This document shows, in pieces, positions 29,890-38,736 of a stretch of DNA of 64,000 nt; the first letter of the stretch is position 1; the number at the start of each line of letters is the position of its first letter. Under the pieces are notes generated by a model. It had not been told where the DNA came from, did no database searches, and saw nothing but the letters and a program-made list of their open reading frames with translations. The stretch comes from an uncultured Actinomycetota bacterium (lineage in GTDB: Bacteria; Actinomycetota; Actinomycetes; Actinomycetales; Microbacteriaceae). Location: contig CAVWGM010000002.1 of assembly GCA_963754635.1 (NCBI GenBank), forward strand, positions 127,345 to 191,344. Reading direction: 5' to 3'. Both the position numbers and the translations under genes were made by a program.

Positions 29890-32732
29890 GCGTTCACCTC
29901 GGTGATCGGGGAGGAAGCGGAAGCGGAGCCGGTGCGCAGGATGAGCGAGGCCACGTCGGGGCGGTGCGCGTCGGCGAGGAGCGCGAGCGCCGGACCGTCG
30001 GCCTTCGCGGTGGCGACCAGCGTCAGGCGGGAGGATGCCGCGTCCGGCCGAGCACGGAGGGCGGCCTCGGCATCCCTCAGCAGCGCCGCGGCCTGGTCGC
30101 GCTCGGCCGCGTCGAAGGCGTCGAGTCCGTCGATCACGACGAGGCTCGCCCGCCCGCTGAGCGCCCGGCGGAGCTCGCCGACGCGGTCGTCCGATCCGGC
30201 CACCAGTGCCACCCCGACGTGCGCGCGCACCCAGGCCGCGCGCTCGGGCAGGAGGTGACCGGCGATGCGCACACGCCCGTCACTCGGGGCGAGTCGGCCC
30301 GCCACGAGCAGCGCGAACGCGCGGGCCGCCCGGGGGTCGCCCGTGACGATGAGCGTGCCGCCGTCCTCGACGCGGAAGGTGGCGTCCTCGACGAGCGACA
30401 CGTTTCCGGCGGTGCCGCCGTCGGCGCGCACCGCGACGCTGTCACCCACCACGACCGCGGTGGTGTCCGGCTCGGGCCAGTCGGCCAGGGCGAGCTCGCG
30501 CTCGACCGCCTCGCCTTCGATGTCGACCCGCGGAAGGACGCGCTCGAGCCAGCGCGGCATCCACCACGCCTTCTCGCCCAGCAGCGCCATGAGCGCCGGG
30601 ATCAGCGTCATGCGCACCAGGAAGGCGTCGATCGCGATGCCGACAGCCAGGCCGAGCGCGATCGGCTTGATCGACGCATCGCCCTCGGGCACGAACGCCG
30701 CGAACACGGCGAACATGATGAACGCGGCGGCCGTGACGACGCGCGCCGACGCGGTGAATCCCGACCGGATGGCGGCGACGGCGGTGGTGCGGTCGCTGAA
30801 GCCCTGCCGGCGCACCGCATGCACGTAGTCCTCCCGCATGCGGGAGACCAGGAACACCTGGTAGTCCATGGCGAGGCCGAAGAGCACGCCCATGAGCACG
30901 ATCGGCATGAAGCTGATCACCGGCCCCGTCCGGGCGACGTGCAGCAGGTCGGCGAACCAGCCCCAATCGAAGACCGCGGCGACCACGCCGAACGCCGCCG
31001 TCACCGACAGCAGGTAGCCGAGGGCCGCGGTCAGGGGCACGGCGATCGAGCGGAACACGATCATCAACAGGATGAACGACAGGCCGACCACGAAGATGCC
31101 GAACGGCAGGAGAGCCGCGCCGAGGCGGTCCGAGATGTCGATCGCGACGGCGGTGAAGCCGGTGACGGTGAGGTCGACGCCGTATTCGTCGGCCAGCTCG
31201 GGCGCCAGTTCGCGCAGTTCGCGCACGAGGTCCGCCGTGGCGGGGTCATCGGGCGCGGTCGTCGGGATCACCTGGATGATGCCGGTGTCGGCCGTCTCGT
31301 TCGGGGTCGCGAGGGCGACCTCCTTGACGCCGGGAACGTCTTCGACCTCGGCCGCCAGGTCTTCCATCAGGCCGAGCGGATCGTTGGAGGTGACGATGGT
31401 GCCCGTCATGATGAGCGGACCGTTGAAGCCGGGGCCGAAGTGCTCGGCGGCGAGGTCGTAGCTGACGCGCGCCTGCGACGACTCCGGCTGCACCCCGGCG
31501 TTGGGCAGGGCCAATGCGAGGCTCGACGCGGGGATCGCGAGGATGCCGAGCCCCAGCACGACGGCGATGGTCGTGACCACCGGATGCTTCGTCACCATGC
31601 CCACCCAGCGGGCTGCGAAGCCGCGCGGGACCTTCGGCGCGGTCTCGGTGGTTTCCGCAGTCGCGGCGCGGCGAGCCGAGCGTGAAGGGGCGCGGCGGGG
31701 ACGCGGCATCCGTCCCACCACGCGCCCCTTGACGAAGCCGAGCATCGCGGGAGTCAGGGTGACGGCGACGGCGACGGCGATCGCGACGGCGACCGACGCG
31801 GCGATTCCCATCGTCGTGAGGAAGGGGATGTTCGCGAAGCCGAGACCGATCAGCGCGATCAGCACGGTCACGCCGGCGAAGACGACGGCCGAGCCGGCGG
31901 TGCCGTTGGCGCGGGCGATGGACTCTTCGGGGTCCATGCCGCCGCGGACTTGATCCTGATGTCGCGCGACGATGAACAGCGCGTAGTCGATGCCGACGGC
32001 GAGGCCCAGCATGAGCGCGAGCAGGGGAGTGGTCGACGAGATCGAGGCGACGGCGGTCGAGAGCAGGATGAGCGCCATCGACAGGGCGACGCCCACGAGC
32101 GCGGTGGCCAGCGGAAGCCCGGCGACGAGGAACGAGCGGAACGTCACCATCAGCACGAGCAGGGCGATGATGATGCCGATGCCCTCGGTGATGGTGATGC
32201 CGGGGACCGACATCGAGAAGAGATCGCCGCCGAGCGCGACTTGGGCGCCGTCCGGGAGTGCGGCTTCGAGCTCGTCCGCCACGGCGGTGAGCTCGGCCTT
32301 GGACTCGGGCGAGACGTCGGTGGCCTGGCCGTCGAACTGCAGGCGCACGATCGCGGCGTTCTCGTCGTCGTTCACCAGGCCCGAGACCATGTCGTCGAAC
32401 GGATCGGTGACGCCCAGCACGCCGTCGATGTCGCCGAGGTCGGCGACAGCATCCCCGATCGCGCCGGCGTAGGGCTCCTCTGCGACGGATTCGCCCTCGC
32501 CGGCGACGATCACGATCTGCGCGCTCGTACCGCTCACCTGAGGGAACGTGCGGTTCAGCTGCTCGAGGCCGGCCTGAGCCTCGGTGCCGGGGATCGTGAA
32601 GGAGTTGTCGGTGCCCTGGTTGAGCGCCAGCGCGCCGCCGCCGGCGATGCCGAGCAGGAGGAGCCACGAGACGAGAACGCGCCACGGGTGACGGTAGGAC
32701 CAGCGGCCGAGGGCGTACAGCAGGGTGGACAC
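29886..32732 (-). CDS. MMPL-family (RND-superfamily) transporter with a ~225-aa C-terminal degenerate ABC-ATPase-like domain
   Basis: Two MMPL halves (12 TM segments). The C-terminus reads GGTLIVTGDPRAARAFALLVAGRL..LSGRASLVVIDGLDAFD. GTG 32732 with GGAGG upstream. It overlaps the YhgE-like gene by 4 nt. Confidence 0.9.
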   Translation of the reverse strand: MSTLLYALGRWSYRHPWRVLVSWLLLLGIAGGGALALNQGTDNSFTIPGTEAQAGLEQLNRTFPQVSGTSAQIVIVAGEGESVAEEPYAGAIGDAVADLGDIDGVLGVTDPFDDMVSGLVNDDENAAIVRLQFDGQATDVSPESKAELTAVADELEAALPDGAQVALGGDLFSMSVPGITITEGIGIIIALLVLMVTFRSFLVAGLPLATALVGVALSMALILLSTAVASISSTTPLLALMLGLAVGIDYALFIVARHQDQVRGGMDPEESIARANGTAGSAVVFAGVTVLIALIGLGFANIPFLTTMGIAASVAVAIAVAVAVTLTPAMLGFVKGRVVGRMPRPRRAPSRSARRAATAETTETAPKVPRGFAARWVGMVTKHPVVTTIAVVLGLGILAIPASSLALALPNAGVQPESSQARVSYDLAAEHFGPGFNGPLIMTGTIVTSNDPLGLMEDLAAEVEDVPGVKEVALATPNETADTGIIQVIPTTAPDDPATADLVRELRELAPELADEYGVDLTVTGFTAVAIDISDRLGAALLPFGIFVVGLSFILLMIVFRSIAVPLTAALGYLLSVTAAFGVVAAVFDWGWFADLLHVARTGPVISFMPIVLMGVLFGLAMDYQVFLVSRMREDYVHAVRRQGFSDRTTAVAAIRSGFTASARVVTAAAFIMFAVFAAFVPEGDASIKPIALGLAVGIAIDAFLVRMTLIPALMALLGEKAWWMPRWLERVLPRVDIEGEAVERELALADWPEPDTTAVVVGDSVAVRADGGTAGNVSLVEDATFRVEDGGTLIVTGDPRAARAFALLVAGRLAPSDGRVRIAGHLLPERAAWVRAHVGVALVAGSDDRVGELRRALSGRASLVVIDGLDAFDAAERDQAAALLRDAEAALRARPDAASSRLTLVATAKADGPALALLADAHRPDVASLILRTGSASASSPITEVNA

Positions 32733-32764
32733 AGCGCCTCCGCGGGGACGGGATCAGGGAAAGT

Positions 32765-32798
32765 CGATACAGCGCTGTATCGGATACATGAGTGTATC
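32765..32798. promoter_or_regulatory. Putative TetR operator array: four alternating GATACA/TGTATC half-sites
   Basis: cGATACAgcgcTGTATCgGATACAtgagTGTATC. Positions 32765-32782 form a perfect 18-bp palindrome. Confidence 0.6.
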
Positions 32799-32860
32799 GT
32801 AAGGCGGGTCCTGCTCCCCAACCTGGGGACTGCGTGTGAAGATGGCCGAAAGGAGGACGG

Positions 32861-33505
32861 ATGACCGACGCCGTCGCCGTGACCTCGCGTCGCCGCGAAG
32901 CCACGCGCCAGAAACTGCTGGATGCCGCCGCCCAGGTCTTCGCCGAGGTGGGGCTGGATGCGGCATCCGTCGAAGCCATCTGCGACCGCGCCGGATTCAC
33001 CCGAGGTGCGTTCTACTCGAACTTCGAGACGAAGGACGAGCTCTTCCTCGAGCTCGCGGGACGAGTCGCGCGCGAGCGCGTCGCGGCGGTCCGCGGACGG
33101 GTCGGCGAGCTCGAGAAGCTGGGCTCGTTCGACAACGCCCCGGCCGACGCGTTCGAGATCATCCAGCAGGTGCTCGACATCTCTGCCGACGACCGGCTCG
33201 GGGTCCTGCTGATGAGCGAGATCCGCATCCACGCGTTGCGCAACCCGGGCCTTGCTCAGGCGTACCTGGCGCAGGACGACGAGATGCGCAGCAGCGTCGC
33301 GCAGATCATCGAGGACATCGGCCGCGCCAACGTGCTCCGGTTCCGCCTGCCCGCAGATCAGGCCGCGCGCCTCATGCTCACGGTGTGGGAGGGCGCCTCC
33401 GTGCGCTCGGTGATGGCGGGCGTGGGCTACGAGGAGATGTGCCGCCGCACCAACGAGGAGCTCGCCCGCGTCGCACAGCTGCTCATCGAGCCGCCGGCGC
33501 GCTGA
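32861..33505 (+). CDS. TetR-family transcriptional regulator
   Basis: HTH SVEAICDRAGFTRGAFYSNFETKDELF. It is divergent from the MMPL gene. AAGGAGG sits upstream. Confidence 0.85.
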   Translation: MTDAVAVTSRRREATRQKLLDAAAQVFAEVGLDAASVEAICDRAGFTRGAFYSNFETKDELFLELAGRVARERVAAVRGRVGELEKLGSFDNAPADAFEIIQQVLDISADDRLGVLLMSEIRIHALRNPGLAQAYLAQDDEMRSSVAQIIEDIGRANVLRFRLPADQAARLMLTVWEGASVRSVMAGVGYEEMCRRTNEELARVAQLLIEPPAR

Positions 33506-34490
33506 GCAGGGCGTGGCAGCGGCCGAGCCGCTCGAGCCACCAGTCGCGGCGCTCGCCGGATGCCGCGTGGGCGTCGAGCAGCGCGAGGTCGGCGCTCACC
33601 CGGCCGACCGGCAGCACTCCGTCGCGCGGCACGAGCGGCTCGGAGACCACGTCGTGCGCGAGGAGCGCCGCCGTGCCGAGCCCGCAGTCGTACTCGAGGT
33701 TCGGCAGTGCCCCCGCGAGCGCCAGGCCCATCGCAAGCCCGATCGAGGTGTCGAGCGCGCTCGAGACGATCGTCGGCAGGCCCGCCTCGGCCACGATGGC
33801 CAGCGCCCTGCTCACGCCGCCGAGCGGCTGTGCCTTGATCACGAGCAGGTCGGCGGCGCCGGCCCGCGCGACCGCGATCGGATCACTCGCCTTGCGTACG
33901 CTCTCGTCGGCCGCGATCGGGATGCCCATGTACTTCACGCGCCGGCGCAGCTCGGCCAGCTCCTCGACGCTCGCGCACGGCTGCTCGGCGTACTCGAGGT
34001 CGTACTCGGCCAGCGCGTGGATGGCGTGCTCGGCCTCGTCGACATTCCACGCGCCGTTCGCGTCGATGCGGATGCGCCCCTCAGGCCCCATGGCTTGCCG
34101 GACGGCGGCGACGCGTGCGATGTCGTCGGCGAGCCGCTGGCCGGCCTCGGCGACCTTGACCTTCGCGGTGCGGCACCCGTCGAAGCGGGCCAAGACCTCG
34201 GGAACGGATGCCGCGTCCACCGCCGGCACGGTCGCGTTCACGGCGATCGCGGCGCGAAGGGCGGTGGGCTGCGGCATCCATCCGTAGTCGATCGCCGCGG
34301 CCAGCCACGTCGCCGCCTCATCGTCGGCGTATTCCGGGAACGGCGAGAACTCGGTCCATCCCTCCGGGCCCTCGAACACCATGGCCTCGCGGACGTCGAC
34401 GCCTCGGAACCGGGTGACCAGCGGAAGGCTCACCACGCGGGCGGTCGCGAGGATGTCGTCGAGGGAGGGGACGTGCGCAGCGGTGGTCAC
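33483..34490 (-). CDS. menC: o-Succinylbenzoate synthase
   Basis: Enolase-superfamily motifs KVKVAE, IRIDANGAW and EYAEQPC. I prefer GTG 34490 (CATGAT box 6 nt upstream). The ORF-track start 34559 would overlap the upstream gene. Confidence 0.85.
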   Translation of the reverse strand: MTTAAHVPSLDDILATARVVSLPLVTRFRGVDVREAMVFEGPEGWTEFSPFPEYADDEAATWLAAAIDYGWMPQPTALRAAIAVNATVPAVDAASVPEVLARFDGCRTAKVKVAEAGQRLADDIARVAAVRQAMGPEGRIRIDANGAWNVDEAEHAIHALAEYDLEYAEQPCASVEELAELRRRVKYMGIPIAADESVRKASDPIAVARAGAADLLVIKAQPLGGVSRALAIVAEAGLPTIVSSALDTSIGLAMGLALAGALPNLEYDCGLGTAALLAHDVVSEPLVPRDGVLPVGRVSADLALLDAHAASGERRDWWLERLGRCHALLSAPAAR

Positions 34491-34542
34491 GGGTCCATCA
34501 TGCACGCGCAGCCCGTTCGCGAGCTCGCGGATCGCCTGCGGG

Positions 34543-36204
34543 TCAGCCGAGACGCCCATCGCCCGGCCGCGCGACCCGGAACCAGCGCCAGCCGTAGGCC
34601 GGCAGGTCCAGCTCGAATCGGCCGTTCGGCGGCAGTGCGTTGCGCTCCGGCCCGAAGAGGTCGGTGAGTTCGGCGCCCTCCGGCTCGTCGGCGATCGTCA
34701 GCGTCACCCGGGCGGGCTCGTCGGCGAAGTTGTGCACGGCGATCATCCGCCCCACGTCCGCACGCACCGAGTGAGCCAGCACGGCGGGCTCGTCATGCTC
34801 GAGCACCTCCAGCTCGCCCCAGCCGATCTCGGGAGAGATCCGGTAGCGCTCGGCGAGCTTGCGGATGAACCGCAGCAGCGACCCGTCGTCGTTCAGCTGC
34901 TGCGAGGCGTTGACGTGCTCGGGCGCGAAGCCGCCCTCCGGCGGGCGCGAGGCCAGCCGTGACGGCGCCGCGTGCGAGAAGCCGCCGTTGCGCGTATCCG
35001 ACCACTGCATCGGGGTGCGGACGGAGGTCCGGCCGAGGATCTCGGGGTTCTCGCCCATGCCGATCTCCTCGCCGTAGAAGAGCACCGGTACGCCGGGAAG
35101 CGAGAACAGCAGGCTGTAGACCATCCGGATCCGGCGTGGATCGCCGCCGAGCATCGTCGGCAGGCGCCGCGTGATGCCACGGCCGTACACGCGCTGACGC
35201 TCGTCGGGGGCGAAGGCCTCGAACACCTCCTCGCGCTCGGCGTCGCTGAGCTTGTCGAGGGTGAGCTCGTCGTGATTGCGCACGAAGTTCGCCCACTGCG
35301 CCTCGGGCGCGATCGCCGGCCGGGCGCGCAGAGCCTTGGTGAGCGGCTTCGGATCCGACCGCGCGAGCGAGAGGTAGAGCGCCTGCATTCCGACGAAGTC
35401 GAACTGCAGGGTCAGCTCCTCTCCCTGGTTCCCGCCGAAGTAGTCGAGCTGCTCGCGATAGGGCAGATTCACCTCGCCCAGCAGCACCGCCTCGGGCGAC
35501 CGCCGCTGGAGGAACCGGCGGAGGTCGCGCAGATACTCGTGCGGGTCGGTGATCTCAACACCCGCCGGCGCCTCGATGAGGAACGGCACCGCGTCCACCC
35601 GGAATCCCGAGATCCCCAGCTGCAGCCAGAATCCGATCGCCTTGGCGATCTCGTCCCGGACCGCCGGATTGGCGATGTTCAGGTCGGGCTGATGGCGGTA
35701 GAACGTGTGCAGGTAGTACTGGCCGCTCTTCTCGTCGAGTTCCCAGAGCGTCGACTCCTCGCCGGGAAAGACCTCGTTCACGTTGTTCGCCGGCGGCTCG
35801 TCGCGCCACACGTAGTAGTCGCGGTACCGCGAATTGCGCGAACGCTTCGCCGCGACGAACCACGGGTGCGTGTCGGCGGTGTGGTTCACGACCAGATCGA
35901 CGATCACGCGGATGCCGCGATCCCGCGCCGTCCGGATCACCTCGACGAGGTCGCCGTGAGTGCCCAGGCGCGGGTCGACGCCGTAGAAGTCGGTGACGTC
36001 ATAGCCGTCGTCGCGGTCGGCCGTGGGGTAGAAGGGCATCAGCCACAGGCACGTGATCCCGAGGTCGGCGAGATAGTCGATGCGCTTCGCGAGACCGGCG
36101 AAGTCGCCGATGCCGTCGCCGTCGGCGTCGAGGTACGTCTCGACGTCGAGGCAGTAGACGACACTCGTCTTCCACCACAGGTCGCTGGTGTCGGTGATCT
36201 TCAC
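34543..36204 (-). CDS. GH13 alpha-amylase-family protein (trehalose-synthase-like)
   Basis: GH13 regions DLVVNHTA, GFRVDAVPF and VRNHDE. GTG 36204 with GGAGGA upstream. Confidence 0.85.
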   Translation of the reverse strand: MKITDTSDLWWKTSVVYCLDVETYLDADGDGIGDFAGLAKRIDYLADLGITCLWLMPFYPTADRDDGYDVTDFYGVDPRLGTHGDLVEVIRTARDRGIRVIVDLVVNHTADTHPWFVAAKRSRNSRYRDYYVWRDEPPANNVNEVFPGEESTLWELDEKSGQYYLHTFYRHQPDLNIANPAVRDEIAKAIGFWLQLGISGFRVDAVPFLIEAPAGVEITDPHEYLRDLRRFLQRRSPEAVLLGEVNLPYREQLDYFGGNQGEELTLQFDFVGMQALYLSLARSDPKPLTKALRARPAIAPEAQWANFVRNHDELTLDKLSDAEREEVFEAFAPDERQRVYGRGITRRLPTMLGGDPRRIRMVYSLLFSLPGVPVLFYGEEIGMGENPEILGRTSVRTPMQWSDTRNGGFSHAAPSRLASRPPEGGFAPEHVNASQQLNDDGSLLRFIRKLAERYRISPEIGWGELEVLEHDEPAVLAHSVRADVGRMIAVHNFADEPARVTLTIADEPEGAELTDLFGPERNALPPNGRFELDLPAYGWRWFRVARPGDGRLG

Positions 36205-37166
36205 AGGGTCCTCCGCAGGGCCGGGAGCAGGTCGGATTCGGCGCGATCGAGGTACTCGTCCTGGTTCTTGCCGACGTGGTGCAGGTACACGCGGTCGAAG
36301 CCGATCGCGACCAGCTCGGCGATGCGCTCGGCCAGGGCCGCGGCATCCGCATCGATCAGCACCGCCTTGCGCAGCTCGCCTTCGTCGGGGTCGGCGACGG
36401 CGGCATCGAAATCCTCGGGCTGGTCGAAGTCCCAGGCCTGAGGAGGGCCGATGAGCCCGTTGGGCCATTGGTCCTTCGCGAGGGCGAGGGCCGCGGCATC
36501 CGTCTCCGCCAGTGACAGGTGCACCTGCAGGACGCACGGTCCCTCGCCGCCGTTCGAGCGATACGCCTCGACGACGCGGCGGAGCGCCGCAGGCTCCTGG
36601 GCGACGGTGGCGAGGCCGTCCACGCGGCCGGCGAGCCAGCCGGCGGTCTCGGCGCTCACAGCCGCGCCGAGCAGCGGCGGGGGAGCGGCGGGTCGCGACC
36701 AGACGCGAGCCTTGTGCACCCGCACCAGTCCGTCGTGCTCGACCTGGTCGCCGGCAAGGAGGCGCCGGATCACGTCGAGCGACTCGTCGAGGCGCTGGTT
36801 GCGGTCATGCTTGGGCGGCCAGGGGTCGCCGGTCACGTGCTCGTTCATGTTCTCACCGCTGCCGAGCACCGCCCAGAACCGGCCGGGGAACATCTCCTCG
36901 AGGGTGGCGATCGCCTGTGCGGTCACGACGGGGTGATAGCGCTGGCCGGGAGCGGTGACCACGCCGATCGAGAACGATGTCGAGGCCAGCGCTGCGCCGA
37001 GCCATGACCAGGCGTAGCCCGACTCGCCCTGGCGCACGCCCCAGGGCTCGAGGTGGTCCGAGCACATCGCGCCGTCGAACCCGGCTCGTTCGGCTCGTGC
37101 GACGGCATGGAGGAGCGCGCTGGGGGGCAGCTGCTCGTGGGAAGCATGGAATCCGACGAAGGGCAT
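36201..37166 (-). CDS. LLM-class (luciferase-like) flavin-dependent oxidoreductase
   Basis: MPFVGFHASHEQLPP.. TIM-barrel LLM pattern. It overlaps the GH13 start by 4 nt. Confidence 0.8.
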   Translation of the reverse strand: MPFVGFHASHEQLPPSALLHAVARAERAGFDGAMCSDHLEPWGVRQGESGYAWSWLGAALASTSFSIGVVTAPGQRYHPVVTAQAIATLEEMFPGRFWAVLGSGENMNEHVTGDPWPPKHDRNQRLDESLDVIRRLLAGDQVEHDGLVRVHKARVWSRPAAPPPLLGAAVSAETAGWLAGRVDGLATVAQEPAALRRVVEAYRSNGGEGPCVLQVHLSLAETDAAALALAKDQWPNGLIGPPQAWDFDQPEDFDAAVADPDEGELRKAVLIDADAAALAERIAELVAIGFDRVYLHHVGKNQDEYLDRAESDLLPALRRTL

Positions 37167-37301
37167 TCCCCGATTCTTCGGCCGGCGTCTGATGCGTTCA
37201 ACCCTCTTGCGAGCTCGCTGACGCGGTCTGACACCATCAAGGTGTCGACAATGACAATGCGTGGTTGACGATAATGTGTGACGCACAGTACAGTGTGAGA
37301 C

Positions 37302-37637
37302 ATGAGCGAATCCGAGGTCCTCGACACGCACCTGCAGGAACTGCGGCGCGGCACCATCGTGCTCGCCTGCCTGCGCCTGCTCGAGCATCCGGGTTACGGC
37401 TACGGCCTGCTCGAACAGCTGGGCGCGCACGGCTTCCCCACCGACGCGAACACGCTGTACCCGCTCCTCCGGCGCCTCGAGAAGCAGGGCCACCTCACGA
37501 GCGAGTGGAACACCGACGAGGCGCGGCCTCGCAAGTTCTACCGCACCAGCCCGGCCGGCACGCGCCTCGCCGCCGCACTCACCGACGACTTCCGCGCCAT
37601 CGCCACTGCGATCGACGCCCTTCCCCAGGAGGACTGA
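37302..37637 (+). CDS. PadR-family transcriptional regulator
   Basis: GYGYGLLEQL..LYPLLRRLEKQGHLTSEW. Confidence 0.9.
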   Translation: MSESEVLDTHLQELRRGTIVLACLRLLEHPGYGYGLLEQLGAHGFPTDANTLYPLLRRLEKQGHLTSEWNTDEARPRKFYRTSPAGTRLAAALTDDFRAIATAIDALPQED

Positions 37638-37638
37638 C

Positions 37639-38614
37639 ATGACCACCGCCGCTGCCACCACCCTCACCGACCGCTACGTCTCCGCGGCCGATGCGCACCG
37701 TGCCCGAGGCGCAGCGCGATGACCTCGCCACCGAGCTGCGCGCCTCGATCGACGATCAGATCGAGGCGCGCATCGCCGACGGCGAGCCAGCGGCGGATGC
37801 CGAGCGGGCCGTGCTCACCGAGCTCGGCGACCCCGACAAGCTCGCCGCGGACTACACCGATCGACCGCTCCACCTCATCGGACCCGCCTACTTTCTCGAC
37901 TGGTGGCGCCTGCTCAAGCTGCTGCTGTGGATCGTGCTGCCCTCGGCGGCCTTCGGCGTCTCGCTGGCGCAGGTGTTGGCCGGCGAGGGCAGCATCGGCG
38001 TCATCATCGGAACGGTGATCCCGGTGCTGATCTCGGCCACCGTGCACCTGGGCTTCTGGACGGTGCTGGTGTTCGCGATCGTCGAGCGCACCGCGAAAGG
38101 CGAGGGCAGGACGCCGCTCACCCCGTGGAGCGTCGACCAGCTTCCCGAGCCTCGGCCGAAGGGCGTCGGCTTCGGCGACATGGTCGCCTCACTGGTGTTC
38201 CTCGCGATCGCCGCCGGCGCGATCCTGTGGGACCTCTTCGTCGGATTCGTGCCGACGCAGCCCGGCCTGTCGTTCCTGAACCCCGATCTGTGGCCGGTGG
38301 CCATCTTCGTGCTCTTCGGCCTCATGGCGCTCGAGGCGGCGCTCGCGATCGCGGTGTACGCGATCCACCGCTGGACCATCGGGCTCGCGATCGTGAACGG
38401 ACTGCTCAACCTCGCGATCGCCGTGCCGGCGGTCTGGCTGCTGACGCAGGGCGAGCTGATCAACCCGGAGTACTTCCCGACGATCATCGGCGGCGACGGC
38501 GGCGCCGAGGTGCAGTCGATCGTGGCGGCGATCGTTGGCCTCGTCATCGTCGGCATCGCCGTGTGGGACACCGTCGACGCGTCGATCAAGGCAGTGCGCT
38601 CCCGTCAGGGCTGA
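37639..38614 (+). pseudogene. PadR-associated membrane protein (permease-prefix-domain type); apparent frame break near 37688-37691
   Basis: ATG 37639 gives MTTAAATTLTDRYVSAA and then stops at 37719. The family continuation MRTVPEAQRDDLATELRASIDDQ.. is in the frame of ORF 37691..38614. Confidence 0.6.
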
Positions 38615-38620
38615 CCCCAG

Positions 38621-38685
38621 CAGGAGAACATGCCCACAACAGGACGGTTCCTCGTCAGTACTCCTGTTGTGGGCGTGTTCTCCTG
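38621..38685. repeat. Long imperfect inverted repeat with a 24-bp stem (one G-U pair) and a 17-nt loop
   Basis: CAGGAGAACATGCCCACAACAGGA (38621-38644) pairs with TCCTGTTGTGGGCGTGTTCTCCTG (38662-38685). Confidence 0.8.
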
Positions 38686-38736
38686 TCCTGTGACCGCCGG
38701 CCCAGGCGCTGAGCCGGGACACATAGGCTGAATCCC

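Noticed and set aside
34491-34559. The longer menC start at ATG 34559 given by the ORF track.
   Set aside because: It would overlap the GH13 gene by 17 nt and add 23 non-conserved residues. GTG 34490 has the CATGAT-N6 leaderless signature and aligns with where MenC proteins usually begin. This remains uncertain.
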